Positions 29,166 through 39,879 of a stretch of 64,000 nt of DNA are shown here, piece by piece. The notes below the pieces were generated by a model, which had not been told where the DNA came from, searched no databases, and saw only the letters and a list, made by a program, of their open reading frames with translations. Location: contig CAZQBL010000025.1 of assembly GCA_964592105.1 (NCBI GenBank), positions 58-64,057 of the forward strand, written 5' to 3'. The DNA comes from an uncultured Gammaproteobacteria bacterium (GTDB lineage: Bacteria > Patescibacteriota > Patescibacteriia > UBA10025 > JAHIVO01). A program made the translations under genes and the position numbers. Every line of letters starts with the position of its first letter. Within the stretch, counting starts at the first letter, position 1.

Positions 29166-30245
29166 CTATTTTTTTCCTTTTTCCAGTTGCTTCTTAAAGA
29201 AATCAACAAAAGGAATAGGCGAGGGGTCACGACCATTGAGCATAGCCAGATAGAAATTAACATAGCTACCATAAAGCAACGCATCCATCGTCTGGCTAAG
29301 TGTCGAGTCACTGGTAACTAAATAGCTGTCGTGCTTAATCCCATTTTTGTCCAAAACAGTCTTAGTTATAGAAAATCTTTTTCGGATGGGTGGCAGGTAG
29401 TTTTTTGATTCCAGGAACAAAAATGACAGCAAACGACGGTTGTCGCGCGGGTAAATTAAACCTTCCATCAAATGATGATTTAGTTCGGAAATCAGAAAAT
29501 ACGCAGAAAAAGTCTTACTGTTTTCATTTATTTGATTGGCAAAAATATGAGCGTTGCCAGCCAAATGCTCCGCCGCCACGATAATCGGTAAACGTCCCAA
29601 CAACTTCTGGGCCGCCAACTTAGCTGGGTTTTTAGTCTGTTTTGTTTTTAGGCCAAAAACCCGATGCAGTTTAATGATGGTTGAAATCGCCTGGTCAATC
29701 TCCGTTTTGGTAACCGAAACAAAGCCACTACGGACCAAAAGCCCAATCTGACCAATAACCGAGTAGCCAAGACCCATACGCGGCTGGTTACAAGGATTAA
29801 AGCTGGGCGTAAAAATATAAGCTGGCAGACGATAACGCCTGGCCAGGATTGCTAATTTTCCTCCGGCGCAAATAATCAACAATTTGGCCTTTTTCCGGCG
29901 CGCAGCATTAAAAGTGGACAGCACTTCTTCGGTCGTGCCTGAATAACTGGAAAGTATGCAAAGAGTCCGACCGTCGACGAAAGCCGGCAGAGTATAACTA
30001 TTTATTATTTTCAATGGCACTTTGAGTTTTTTGGAATAAACCGATTCGATCAAATGGCCACCTAAAGCCGAGCCGCCCATACCATTAATAAGAATATTAT
30101 TGCAGCGGCGGTAGCTGGAAGGGATGGCCACTTTCTGTGATTCATCCCAAGCTTGTTGGCACTGCAAAGCCAAAGATTCTATTGACCTCAACATTCCTTG
30201 CTTGTCAATTTTTAATATCTTTTTTTGATCGTCCAGTAATCTCAT
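29166..30245 (-). CDS. Bifunctional phosphoglucose/phosphomannose isomerase (SIS)
   Basis: GMGGSALGG, SSYSGTTEE, QPRMG, QINENSK, ELNHH. Confidence 0.9.
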   Translation of the reverse strand: MRLLDDQKKILKIDKQGMLRSIESLALQCQQAWDESQKVAIPSSYRRCNNILINGMGGSALGGHLIESVYSKKLKVPLKIINSYTLPAFVDGRTLCILSSYSGTTEEVLSTFNAARRKKAKLLIICAGGKLAILARRYRLPAYIFTPSFNPCNQPRMGLGYSVIGQIGLLVRSGFVSVTKTEIDQAISTIIKLHRVFGLKTKQTKNPAKLAAQKLLGRLPIIVAAEHLAGNAHIFANQINENSKTFSAYFLISELNHHLMEGLIYPRDNRRLLSFLFLESKNYLPPIRKRFSITKTVLDKNGIKHDSYLVTSDSTLSQTMDALLYGSYVNFYLAMLNGRDPSPIPFVDFFKKQLEKGKK

Positions 30246-30378
30246 ATTTTTCCAAAAACTTATTTACATTATATACCAAAATAATAAAAACTACAAATTG
30301 ATTTTATCTCCAAAATATGCTATAGTTTACTATATAAATTGAAAATTTTGGTTATCTTAAACAATTTTCAGTGTTGTT

Positions 30379-31104
30379 ATGTCAGGACATTCGAAGTGGG
30401 CACAGATAAAGAGACAAAAAGCCGTAGCTGATAAGAAAAAGGGGGCAATTTTTACCAAACTCGGTAATGCGATTACCATCGCCGCCAAGCAAGGCGGAGG
30501 CGACCCAGCTATGAATTTTAAGCTTCGCCTTGCCATTGAAAAAGCCAAAGCGGCCAATATGCCCAATGAAAATATTGAGCGGGCGATTTTAAAAGGCGCC
30601 GGCGGCGATAATGATGCCGCCTTCGAGAAGGTAGTCTATGAGGGTTTTGGGCCAGAGGGCAGCGCAATAATAATTGAAGCTCTAACTGACAATAAAAACC
30701 GTACCACCTCAATCGTTCGCAATATTTTCAGCAAATACGGCGGCAACCTCGGTTCCCATGGTAGTGTCAACTATCTTTTTAACAAAAAGGGGGTGGTTAG
30801 AGTATTAAAAAGTGAAGTGCCGTCCTTGGAAAAACTTGAATTGAGCATGATCGATGCCGGCGCTGAAGATATCATTGAGGAAAAGAATGAGCTCACCATC
30901 TTGACCAACCCGGAAAAATTATCGGCCATCAAAAACTCTTTAGAAAAATCAGGGATAAAAACAGAGTCAGCGGATATTGAGATGGTGCCCAGTTCAAAAA
31001 TTAGTCTGCCCGACCAAGCGGCCAATGATAAATTATTAAAATTACTCAAAGAGCTGGAAAACTGTGAAGACATAAACAATTATTTCACCAATGTCGAATT
31101 CTAA
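30379..31104 (+). CDS. yebC: YebC/PmpR family protein
   Basis: MSGHSKWAQIKRQK, YEGFGP, TDNKNRT. Confidence 0.95.
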   Translation: MSGHSKWAQIKRQKAVADKKKGAIFTKLGNAITIAAKQGGGDPAMNFKLRLAIEKAKAANMPNENIERAILKGAGGDNDAAFEKVVYEGFGPEGSAIIIEALTDNKNRTTSIVRNIFSKYGGNLGSHGSVNYLFNKKGVVRVLKSEVPSLEKLELSMIDAGAEDIIEEKNELTILTNPEKLSAIKNSLEKSGIKTESADIEMVPSSKISLPDQAANDKLLKLLKELENCEDINNYFTNVEF

Positions 31105-31579
31105 TAAAAAGAAAATAATTCTTGGCATTGATCCTGGCCTGGCCATCACCGGCTACGGATTAATCAGCATTGAAAAAAGAAAGGCCAAGCTGATTGGTTA
31201 CGGCGCCATCACTTCCAGTGCCAGAGAAAAATTCGGAGCAAGACTTCAACATCTTTACCAAGAGCTGACAAAAATAGTAAAAAAATTCCATCCTGACGAG
31301 GTGGCTATTGAAGAACTGTTCTTCGCCAATAATGCCAAGACCGCTCTCAAAGTCGGTCAAGCCCGAGGCGTAGCTTACTTAGTCGCCTGGCAAAGTAAAT
31401 CCATTGTCAGAGAATTTACGCCGCTCCAGGTCAAGCAAGCCATCACCGGTTACGGACTGGCTCCCAAACAACAGATGCAAAAGATGGTCAAATTGCTTCT
31501 CGCACTGAAAACCATACCCCAGCCGGACGATATAGCCGACGCTTTGGCCATCGCTCTCTGCTCAGCCCAAACTAACTAA
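31091..31579 (+). CDS. ruvC: Holliday junction resolvase RuvC
   Basis: ILGIDPG, AIEELFF, GQARG, TPLQVK, PDDIADALAIA. Confidence 0.95.
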   Translation: MSNSNKKKIILGIDPGLAITGYGLISIEKRKAKLIGYGAITSSAREKFGARLQHLYQELTKIVKKFHPDEVAIEELFFANNAKTALKVGQARGVAYLVAWQSKSIVREFTPLQVKQAITGYGLAPKQQMQKMVKLLLALKTIPQPDDIADALAIALCSAQTN

Positions 31580-31595
31580 AAATATTTTATAATTT

Positions 31596-32684
31596 ATGCC
31601 TGCCTCGCCCAGAATTCAAAAATTGATCAACGTTTCCAAGGAGGTCATCTGCGACTGCGCCTTGGAAAACGGAGCCATCGTAGCCGCCAATACCGACAAA
31701 CCATACTCGCCCAAAGAGGCTGGAGACTATCGGTTAGTCTGGATTAGAGATGCATCTTTTTGTTGCGTCGCCGCCGAACTGCTTAATTTACCTATTCAGG
31801 AGCCGTTTTTTCGATGGGTAGATGAACGCCCAGAGGATTTTGAGCGCGATAAACTGCTCTACTCAAATTACTCGACCAACGGCCGCATTGCGACCATGGG
31901 TAAGCAATTTCAAGCAGACCAGACCGGGACCCTACTCTGGGCAATTTTTATGCATTATAAAAAAAATTTAAAAGAGGCTCTCAAATTCAAAAATCTTATC
32001 GAACGCCTAGCCGATGGTCTCTGTGCCCACTGGGATGAAGATCATTTTTCCATCTCCACTACGGATCTATGGGAAGTGACAGAGCGACGAACATCGACCC
32101 GATTGAAAAATAACTTTACCTATTCGCTGGCTGCCTGCGCCCGCGGCTTGATTTGCGCTAATGACATGGTTTCTAATCATCTATGGAAAGAAACGGCTAT
32201 GCAGATGATTAAAAAAATAAACGATGCTTACGACAAAAACAAAAAATATTTTCTGCGAAATCAGGGCCGGATCGCCGATTTTAATGTGGACGCATCGTTG
32301 CTAGGGCTGGTTTACCCTTTTGAAATTTGCGAACCACTAGATGAACGAATCGCGAATACAGTCAAGATGATGGAAAAAACAATCGTCGAGAACGGCGGCG
32401 TTCACCGGTTTCAGTTCGATTATTTTGACAGCGAGGGCTCAGCTCAAGAAGGCGGGGGCGCCTGGCCAGTCTTGAACTGCTGGATGGCAATTTACTGGTC
32501 CTTGGCCGGAAACAAGACAAAAGCTCTGAAATACTTCGATTGGGTGGTCGAGCGCGCTCCGAAATTTAATTTTTTCCTGCCCGAACAATACTTTGCCGAC
32601 GATATACGCATCGGTATTTATCCACTTGCCTGGAGTCATGCCATGTTCATCATGGCTTGCCACTACCTCGGCTATTTAACCTAA
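31596..32684 (+). CDS. GH15 glucoamylase-like (alpha/alpha)6 hydrolase
   Basis: GAIVAA, DYRLVWIRDA, QADQTG, DLWE, VDASLLGL, LPEQ, PLAWSHA. Confidence 0.85.
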   Translation: MPASPRIQKLINVSKEVICDCALENGAIVAANTDKPYSPKEAGDYRLVWIRDASFCCVAAELLNLPIQEPFFRWVDERPEDFERDKLLYSNYSTNGRIATMGKQFQADQTGTLLWAIFMHYKKNLKEALKFKNLIERLADGLCAHWDEDHFSISTTDLWEVTERRTSTRLKNNFTYSLAACARGLICANDMVSNHLWKETAMQMIKKINDAYDKNKKYFLRNQGRIADFNVDASLLGLVYPFEICEPLDERIANTVKMMEKTIVENGGVHRFQFDYFDSEGSAQEGGGAWPVLNCWMAIYWSLAGNKTKALKYFDWVVERAPKFNFFLPEQYFADDIRIGIYPLAWSHAMFIMACHYLGYLT

Positions 32685-32688
32685 TCGT

Positions 32689-34152
32689 ATGCCACGAATA
32701 CTACGGATAGCCAGTATTTCATCCGAAGTCGCTCCCTATTCAAAAACTGGCGGCTTGGCTGACGTAGCTAAAGCTTTACCCAAAACTCTCTCCTCACGAG
32801 GACACGAAATAATCATTCTGACGCCGTTTTACAGTTTTATAAAAAAACAGGAGTTCAAATTCGAAAATGTAGTCACCACTTCTCAACTGGCCGTAACAGT
32901 GGGCAAAAGAGAGTTCCCTCTCTATTTTAAGCAGCTTGTCATCTCGACCAATTTAAAAGTTTACTTCGTCGGCAATGAGGAGTGTTTCGGCCGTCACTCC
33001 AAAATCTACGGCTACCCCGATGACAACCTGAGATTTATGGTATTTGATCTAGCCTGTCTCTCCTTCCTAGAATATCTCCAATTCAAACCAAACATAATCC
33101 ACTGCCATGACTGGCAAACCGGCTTAATACCCAATTTTCTTGCTTATCACCGCAACGCCTATCCCTCCTTGAATAAATCCGCCACGGTCTTTACTATCCA
33201 CAATCTAGCTCATCAATTGGGGACGGATTGGTGGATGATACCTAAAGATAAACGCGACAATGGCAAGGAACTGCCGCCGGTCGAAGACAATAAAATAAAT
33301 AATATAAATTTTACCAAAAGAGCAATTCTTCATTCGGATATTATAAATACAGTCAGTGAGCGCTATGCCCAAGAGATTACTACCCCAGAATACGGCCAAG
33401 AACTGGATAAATACCTTAAACACCGTCAGGACGACGTTTTTGGAATCATCAACGGCATTGATTATACCGTGAATAATCCGTCGTTTGATGTCAATATAAA
33501 ATACCGCTATGACTGGAACTCATTAAGACGGAAGAAAAAAAATAAATTGGAGCTGCAGAAAGAACTCGGACTGGAACAGAGCGAGGATATTCCGCTCATC
33601 GGTGTGGTCAACCGTTTAAGCGAACAAAAAGGCTTTAACCTTATCATGGAACTGATAGATGTTCTGATGCGGCTCCGTCTACAGATTGTCGTAGTCGGCA
33701 GCGGCAACAAAGATTATGTCAAATTCTTCAAAAAAACCGCCAAGAAACATCCCAAGAAAATCAGCATCTATACTCCTTTTAATGAACGAATGGAATCCTT
33801 GGTCTATGCCGGTTCAGACATGTTCTTAATGCCTTCGCGCTTCGAGCCCTGCGGCATTTCCCAATTAAAAAGCCTGCGTTACGGTTCTATCCCCATTGTT
33901 CACGAGACCGGCGGTCTTTCCGACACCATCACTGACTTCAATCCCAAAACTAGAAAAGGCAACGGCTTTGTCTTTAAAAAATTTACCCGAGAAGATTTTC
34001 TGATAGCGCTGTCACGCGCTCTGGAAACATATAAATACCCTCAGGTCTGGGAATTTCTAACCTGGAACAGCATGCGACAATCATATTCCTGGGAACTCCC
34101 GGCTAAAAAATATTTAAAACTATACGGCCTAGCCCTAAAGAAAAAACACTAA
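32689..34152 (+). CDS. glgA: Glycogen/starch synthase (GT5), copy 1
   Basis: KTGGLADV, HCHDWQ, TIHNL, GIINGID, MPSRFEPCG. Confidence 0.92.
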   Translation: MPRILRIASISSEVAPYSKTGGLADVAKALPKTLSSRGHEIIILTPFYSFIKKQEFKFENVVTTSQLAVTVGKREFPLYFKQLVISTNLKVYFVGNEECFGRHSKIYGYPDDNLRFMVFDLACLSFLEYLQFKPNIIHCHDWQTGLIPNFLAYHRNAYPSLNKSATVFTIHNLAHQLGTDWWMIPKDKRDNGKELPPVEDNKINNINFTKRAILHSDIINTVSERYAQEITTPEYGQELDKYLKHRQDDVFGIINGIDYTVNNPSFDVNIKYRYDWNSLRRKKKNKLELQKELGLEQSEDIPLIGVVNRLSEQKGFNLIMELIDVLMRLRLQIVVVGSGNKDYVKFFKKTAKKHPKKISIYTPFNERMESLVYAGSDMFLMPSRFEPCGISQLKSLRYGSIPIVHETGGLSDTITDFNPKTRKGNGFVFKKFTREDFLIALSRALETYKYPQVWEFLTWNSMRQSYSWELPAKKYLKLYGLALKKKH

Positions 34153-34156
34153 AAAA

Positions 34157-35377
34157 ATGATCTGGGCAAACTTCTTCCATATTTACCAGCCACCGCGCTG
34201 GCCAAAAACAATCATCGCCAAAGTAGCTCGACAAAGTTACCGGCCGTTTCTAAAAATTCTTGACCGTCACCCGGGTTTAAAAATTACCCTTAATATCTCC
34301 GGCTCACTCACTGAACAGCTGGCCAAAAATGGCTTTCTTGAAATCATAAAAAACATAAAAGCACTGGCCCATAAAAGGCAGATTGAACTTGTGGGCACTG
34401 CCTTATATCATCCGATATTACCACTCCTTCCAGCAAGTGAGATCATTAGACAGATTGAACGGAACACCCAGCTTAATAAAAAATTTTTCGGCCATCACTA
34501 CCAACCGCGTGGATTTTTTCCGCCAGAGATGTGCTACAGCAAGAAAGTGGGGGAAATCTTAGAAAAAATGAAATTTCAGTGGCTAATCCTTGACGAAATT
34601 TCCGCCAATGGTAAATTAGGAGAAATAAAATACGACCGCGCTTACCTAACCTCCAAAACGGGGCTGCAAATAGTCTTCCGCAACAGAATCATCAGCGATT
34701 ATCTTTCTTTTCATAGTGATCTCCGACGACCAAATAACTTTTGGTCGGCAGTCCGGCGCGATGGTCGCAGCAATAAAATATTAATTACCGCCATGGACGG
34801 TGAAAATCTCGGCCATCATCGTCCCGGACTTGACCGGCTGTGGGAAAAATTGGTAACGCACACGACGGTTCAGACCATGACCATCAGCGGATTACTGGCC
34901 CATTATCAAAAAGAAAAAATAATTCAACCAAGAGACGCCAGTTGGTCGTCGCGAGAGATTGAATTGCGCAAAAATAATCCATACGGCCTCTGGCACGATC
35001 CGACCAATCCTATTCACCACTGGCAATGGCAGCTGATTAACAAAGTAATTAAGCACCTCAATGCCAGCAAAAAGGGGAAACAGCACCATCGGGCCCGACG
35101 ACTGCTTGACCAACAACTGGCTTCGGATCAATTCTGGTGGGCTTCGGCCAAACCTTGGTGGAGTCTTGACATAATCGAAAAGAAAACCAACGAATTGGTG
35201 CACACTGCTTGCCTGGTTAATGGCGACCGCTCAATAAAGAAAATCGGAGAAAAAATCATTAAACTGGCCAGGGCCTGGCAGCGTGAACAAAAATTCCAGA
35301 CCATCGCTCGAAATTATCTGGCCGCGGAAGAACGTGATAATGTCCGCTTCATTGGAGGAAAAAAAATTAGTATTTGA
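34157..35377 (+). CDS. Glycoside hydrolase family 57, copy 1
   Basis: HIYQP, HPILPL, FFPPEM (nucleophile), MDGENLGHH (acid/base), ASDQFWW. Confidence 0.88.
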   Translation: MIWANFFHIYQPPRWPKTIIAKVARQSYRPFLKILDRHPGLKITLNISGSLTEQLAKNGFLEIIKNIKALAHKRQIELVGTALYHPILPLLPASEIIRQIERNTQLNKKFFGHHYQPRGFFPPEMCYSKKVGEILEKMKFQWLILDEISANGKLGEIKYDRAYLTSKTGLQIVFRNRIISDYLSFHSDLRRPNNFWSAVRRDGRSNKILITAMDGENLGHHRPGLDRLWEKLVTHTTVQTMTISGLLAHYQKEKIIQPRDASWSSREIELRKNNPYGLWHDPTNPIHHWQWQLINKVIKHLNASKKGKQHHRARRLLDQQLASDQFWWASAKPWWSLDIIEKKTNELVHTACLVNGDRSIKKIGEKIIKLARAWQREQKFQTIARNYLAAEERDNVRFIGGKKISI

Positions 35378-35383
35378 TAAACC

Positions 35384-35481
35384 GCCACTAATTTATCATC
35401 ACTAATCTCACTAATACTTTATATCAACTAATGTAACTAGAATAATAAAATTAGTGAAATTCGTGAATTAAAATTCGTGGC
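35384..35481. repeat. Imperfect inverted repeat built from three CACTAAT / ATT(A/C)GTG heptamers
   Basis: Left arm gccactaatttatcatcactaatctcactaat; right arm attagtgaaattcgtgaattaaaattcgtggc. Confidence 0.75.
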
Positions 35482-35499
35482 CATAACACAAATAAAACT

Positions 35500-36882
35500 A
35501 TGATTTGGGCAAATTTCCTACACATTTATCAACCACCGACACAAAAAGAATTCTGGGTAAAAAAAATAGCCAACGAATGCTACCGCAAACTCACCAAGGG
35601 ACTAAAAGAAAATCCGCAGGCAAAAATAACCATGAACATCAACGCCGTATTGACCGAGTTGTTTGAAAAATGCGGCTGTCAGGATATCATTGCTGATATT
35701 AAATTTCTGGCCGAACGCGGACAGGTAGAGTTAACGGCCAGCGCCAAATACCACCCCTTTTTGCCGATGATGCCAAAAAATGAAATTATCAGACAAATAA
35801 AATTAAACACGGAAACCAACCAAAGGTTCTTTGGTAAAAAAGCCTATAATCCGCAAGGGTTTTTCCCGCCAGAAATGGCTTATAATCGCAAAGTTGGCGA
35901 AACCATAGCCCAACAGGGATATAAATGGTTGATTCTAGACGAACTAGCCTATTCAGGAAAAATGAAAGACATTGACTGGTCGCAAATATACACACTTAAG
36001 GGTATTGATAATTTTTTCATTTTCTTCAGGGAAAGGGAGGCCAGCTTCCGTATTCTCTCTGCAGAAATTGGCATGAGCGTATTTTCCGGAAGCATGCTAA
36101 TTAAATTGTTGGGTGATCGCATTAATAAAAATGAATATCTGATTACTGCTATGGATGGCGAAACATTCGGCCACCATCGGCCAGGGCTTGAGGATCTTTT
36201 ATTTGATATGTATAAGACAAAAGAATTAAAAGCTGTAACTATCTCGGAACTACCCGGGCTCTTCACTAAGAGGGTAGCCGTAGACCCTCGTCCTTCTTCC
36301 TGGGCGCTAATGAAAAAAGACATTGAGCGCAACACGCCATTCTCGCGCTGGAACGACAAAAATAATATTATTCAAAAAATGCAGTGGCGACTAACCAACC
36401 TAGCGCTTAAAACCATAAAATCAACAAAATCGAATACAAAAACATATACTAAAATCCGGCACGATCTTGACCGAGCCGTTCATTCTGACCAATACTGGTG
36501 GGCTTCGGCCATGCCCTGGTGGAGCATTGAAATGATTGAAGCTGGCGCAAAAGATTTATGCAATGTGGTACTTGAGTCCCCCGTGCCAAAAAAAGACAAG
36601 GAGCTGGCGAAAAAATTGTATCAAAAAATCCTTTATACGGCTTTTGATTGGCAACGTTCAGGTAAAGTGGATGCCATGGCCAAATCTGCCGACGAAGATG
36701 TGACCCAGCGTATCACTACCGAAATGCCCTATATCCCCGAGGAAGAATTCAATAAAATTGTAGGGAACCTAGAAAAACAGATGTTCGAGGCAGCCCAAGC
36801 CCAAGAATACGAACGCGCTGCCCAGATCCGCAATCGCGTCAACGAGCTGAAAGAAAAAAAAGATCAAATAACCAGAAAATGA
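35500..36882 (+). CDS. Glycoside hydrolase family 57, copy 2, with C-terminal UVR (UvrB/UvrC) domain
   Basis: HIYQP, FFPPEM, MDGETFGHH, HSDQYWW; LEKQMFEAAQAQEYERAAQIRNRVNEL. Confidence 0.88.
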   Translation: MIWANFLHIYQPPTQKEFWVKKIANECYRKLTKGLKENPQAKITMNINAVLTELFEKCGCQDIIADIKFLAERGQVELTASAKYHPFLPMMPKNEIIRQIKLNTETNQRFFGKKAYNPQGFFPPEMAYNRKVGETIAQQGYKWLILDELAYSGKMKDIDWSQIYTLKGIDNFFIFFREREASFRILSAEIGMSVFSGSMLIKLLGDRINKNEYLITAMDGETFGHHRPGLEDLLFDMYKTKELKAVTISELPGLFTKRVAVDPRPSSWALMKKDIERNTPFSRWNDKNNIIQKMQWRLTNLALKTIKSTKSNTKTYTKIRHDLDRAVHSDQYWWASAMPWWSIEMIEAGAKDLCNVVLESPVPKKDKELAKKLYQKILYTAFDWQRSGKVDAMAKSADEDVTQRITTEMPYIPEEEFNKIVGNLEKQMFEAAQAQEYERAAQIRNRVNELKEKKDQITRK

Positions 36883-37877
36883 AAATGGCCAAAAGAAATA
36901 TCAAAATTGTTCTCAACGAATCATTCATGAAGCGTTTTTTGACTCAAAACATAAAAACTTTTTTCCCGGCTGCCAAAAAAATCTCTTTTTTCTACGGAAA
37001 ATACATGCGCTTTCTTTCGGAAGAAAGTTTCCTGGTGCGTTATGAAATTGATCTACTCCTAAAAAATGGCTTAATTATCACAAAAATCCTGCGTGGCAAT
37101 CGGGTCAAACCAGAGACTTATCCAATTATGAAATTTTTCTTCCAACTATTTCAAAAACGAGGTCGCTACGTTGTCCCTCGGCCGCTCGCCTATTTCAAAG
37201 ACCTGAAGTTTCTCCTCTATGAAGAGTATCGTGGCTGGGTTCTGCGGGAATTCGACCACCAACTGGATGTTCTAATGAAAACCGTACCAAAAATAGCCAG
37301 GCAACTGGCGGAAATCCACAACTACTCGCCGAATCTGGGCCCTACCAGAACTATCCGAGATGAAATAAAATATTTTGACTTATTAAAAACAAAAATTAAT
37401 CAGTTCCTGCCTCAATCAAAGATTAAATTCAATAAGCTTGCCGAGCGTTATCTAATTAAATTGAAGCAAATCGATTCGCTGTCAAAACATGTTTTGAATC
37501 ATGGCGATTTCCAAGGCAGCAATATCATCTATGATCTCCGCACACAAAATATCGGGTTTATTGATTTCGCTTCAGCAGTGCGCACCTCGCCAGCCAACGA
37601 TGTGGCCACTTTTTTAACTCATGCTCGAGCTATGCTTTGTTATCTTTTCCCCAGAAACAAAGTTGACCGGCTGGAAAAACTTTTTCTCAAAAACTATTAC
37701 GCTAAAGTTTCCAAAAAAATAGCGAAAATCGTCCGTCACGACCTGTCCACCTACCAAGGGCGCATCGGTTTGGACATAATCACCACCACGGCCGTCTTTA
37801 CCGAGTACAATAAAAGCCCATATTATCAAACCATTATCAACGAAATGTTTCGCCGGGCTTATCATAATCTGAAATAG
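36879..37877 (+). CDS. APH/choline-kinase-like phosphotransferase
   Basis: LAEIH, LNHGDFQGSNI, GFIDF, NDVATF; ATGA overlap with GH57 copy 2. Confidence 0.8.
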   Translation: MKMAKRNIKIVLNESFMKRFLTQNIKTFFPAAKKISFFYGKYMRFLSEESFLVRYEIDLLLKNGLIITKILRGNRVKPETYPIMKFFFQLFQKRGRYVVPRPLAYFKDLKFLLYEEYRGWVLREFDHQLDVLMKTVPKIARQLAEIHNYSPNLGPTRTIRDEIKYFDLLKTKINQFLPQSKIKFNKLAERYLIKLKQIDSLSKHVLNHGDFQGSNIIYDLRTQNIGFIDFASAVRTSPANDVATFLTHARAMLCYLFPRNKVDRLEKLFLKNYYAKVSKKIAKIVRHDLSTYQGRIGLDIITTTAVFTEYNKSPYYQTIINEMFRRAYHNLK

Positions 37878-37889
37878 TCATTGATCACC

Positions 37890-38390
37890 ATGCCAAAAAA
37901 ATTACACCTCGAACCGCCAGCACCTCTGTCCAATTATCTAAAAAAATCTTGCCGAGTTTTATCCGGACGCCTCAATCATTTATCCAGTTAATTGCCAATC
38001 AATCGTCGGGCCGCATAACAATTATGCTTTAATTGATTTTAGCCAAAATCATCGGGGGGCTTCGCGCTGTATGATATTGGCGCGTTTCTGGCCCACCTCG
38101 GTTTGGTTCTAGTACTATATTACACAACCATACAGATAAAAAAGCTTAAAAAAAATTTATCAACCTATTTCCGCGCCAATCACGGGATAAAAAATACCAA
38201 AAAGTTACAACGAACAATCAGTCTGTTCCGGGTGAAAGCGGTTCTGGATTTTCTGAAATTCACCCTCAAGATAAACCGCCACTCAAATTCCACATTAAAA
38301 CGAACTAGACAACGGTTCCAAGTGGTTATTAATAATACGTTGCAGCTCGCCGAATCAAAAAATCCAATAGTCTATAATATAAATAGTGAA
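37890..38390 (+). pseudogene. Decayed second APH-like kinase
   Basis: YALIDFS and (frameshifted) YDIGAFLAHL parallel GFIDFAS / NDVATFLTH of the upstream kinase. Confidence 0.5.
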
Positions 38391-38399
38391 AGCGTTAAT

Positions 38400-39872
38400 A
38401 TGAAAAAAATAAAAGTTCTTTTTACTGCCGCGGAGCTGAATCCGATGGCCAAAGTCGGGGGGCTGGCTGACGTCGTGGGCGCCTTGCCAAAGGCTCTGAA
38501 GAAACTCGGAATTGACGTGCGAATCGTTATCCCTAAATACGGATCAATTGATGCTGAAAAATATAGTCTGAAAAAAATAGCTGACGGCATTGAAATTCCG
38601 TTCAAACACTCCACAGAAAAAATAGGGCTATTTGAAACCCTTCTCCCAAACAGTCAGGTTCCGGTTTATTGTATCGACAATTATAACTACCTGGGGCAGG
38701 GCGGGGTATATTTTGAGGCGAACGGCTCTTCAACCACCTTAAGTCGCGAAGCCAAACGGTTTACCTTTTTCTCGCGGGCCTGCCTAGAGATATTCGCACC
38801 TCTCAACTGGTACCCGGATATCATTCACTGCCACGACTGGCACGTCGGACTGGTGCCGCTGTTATTAAAAATCCAAACCAAAAAAAACCCGCGTCTTCAA
38901 AATATAAAAACAGTTATATCGATTCATAATCTCGAATATCAGGGCAGATATAACGCCCAGCAAATCATGGATTTAGTGGGCATTCATTCGGATGATTATC
39001 CCACCTTATCGGTTTTGCATGACGGCGACCTGATCAGTCTGCAGCAGGCTATCATAATCAGTGATTATATCAGCACGGTCAGTCCGTCTTACGCTGCAGA
39101 GATACTTACTCCGGAGTACGGCGCGGGACTGAATATTGATCTGGCCAAACGCAAAAACCGGCTTATTGGTATTTTAAACGGCATTGATGTTGATCGCTTC
39201 AATCCTGCCACTGATCGGGACATTAGCGCCACTTTTACAGCTCACGATACCACCGGAAAGAAAATCTGCAAAACCACCCTGCAAAAAACCTGCGGGTTTC
39301 CCACAAACAAAAAAATCCCCCTCCTGGGCCTTGTCTCCCGTTTAGCCGAGCAAAAAGGACTTGAGCTGGTGGCTGAGATTGCCGATGATCTAACCAAAAT
39401 GGGCGTCCAATTGGTCCTGCTCGGTACCGGACTACCATCGCTTGAGGCGCTGATGAAAAAAATGGCAGACAACCACCCCAAAACTATCCATTGTAAAATT
39501 GCTTTCGATGCCAAATTCGCTCAACAAATATATGCCGGCGCTGATATGTTTTTAATGCCTTCAAAATTCGAGCCGTGCGGTCTGGGACAAATGATAGCAA
39601 TGCGCTATGGCACGGTCCCAGTGGTGCGGGCTACCGGCGGACTCAAAGATACTGTAATTGACTATAACCCGGCCACTAACCAGGGCACCGGTTTTGTCTT
39701 CACCGGCTATACTTCCCGAGAGTTGCTGGTGGCCATTGAGCGCGCTCTAAGTCTTTATCAAGAGCCAAAAAAATGGCATACTATAGTCAGTCGAATTATG
39801 TGTGAAGATTTTTCCTGGCGCAGTTCCGCAGAAAAATATCAAAAGCTATATAATAATATAATAAACTTTTAG
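38400..39872 (+). CDS. glgA: Glycogen/starch synthase (GT5), copy 2
   Basis: KVGGLADV, HCHDWH, SIHNL, GILNGID, MPSKFEPCG; start taken as ATG 38400. Confidence 0.92.
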   Translation: MKKIKVLFTAAELNPMAKVGGLADVVGALPKALKKLGIDVRIVIPKYGSIDAEKYSLKKIADGIEIPFKHSTEKIGLFETLLPNSQVPVYCIDNYNYLGQGGVYFEANGSSTTLSREAKRFTFFSRACLEIFAPLNWYPDIIHCHDWHVGLVPLLLKIQTKKNPRLQNIKTVISIHNLEYQGRYNAQQIMDLVGIHSDDYPTLSVLHDGDLISLQQAIIISDYISTVSPSYAAEILTPEYGAGLNIDLAKRKNRLIGILNGIDVDRFNPATDRDISATFTAHDTTGKKICKTTLQKTCGFPTNKKIPLLGLVSRLAEQKGLELVAEIADDLTKMGVQLVLLGTGLPSLEALMKKMADNHPKTIHCKIAFDAKFAQQIYAGADMFLMPSKFEPCGLGQMIAMRYGTVPVVRATGGLKDTVIDYNPATNQGTGFVFTGYTSRELLVAIERALSLYQEPKKWHTIVSRIMCEDFSWRSSAEKYQKLYNNIINF

Positions 39873-39879
39873 AAGAATA

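Noticed and set aside
38103-38399. Apparent 99-aa N-terminal extension of GlgA copy 2
   Set aside because: Read-through of the decayed kinase frame; GlgA homology starts at ATG 38400
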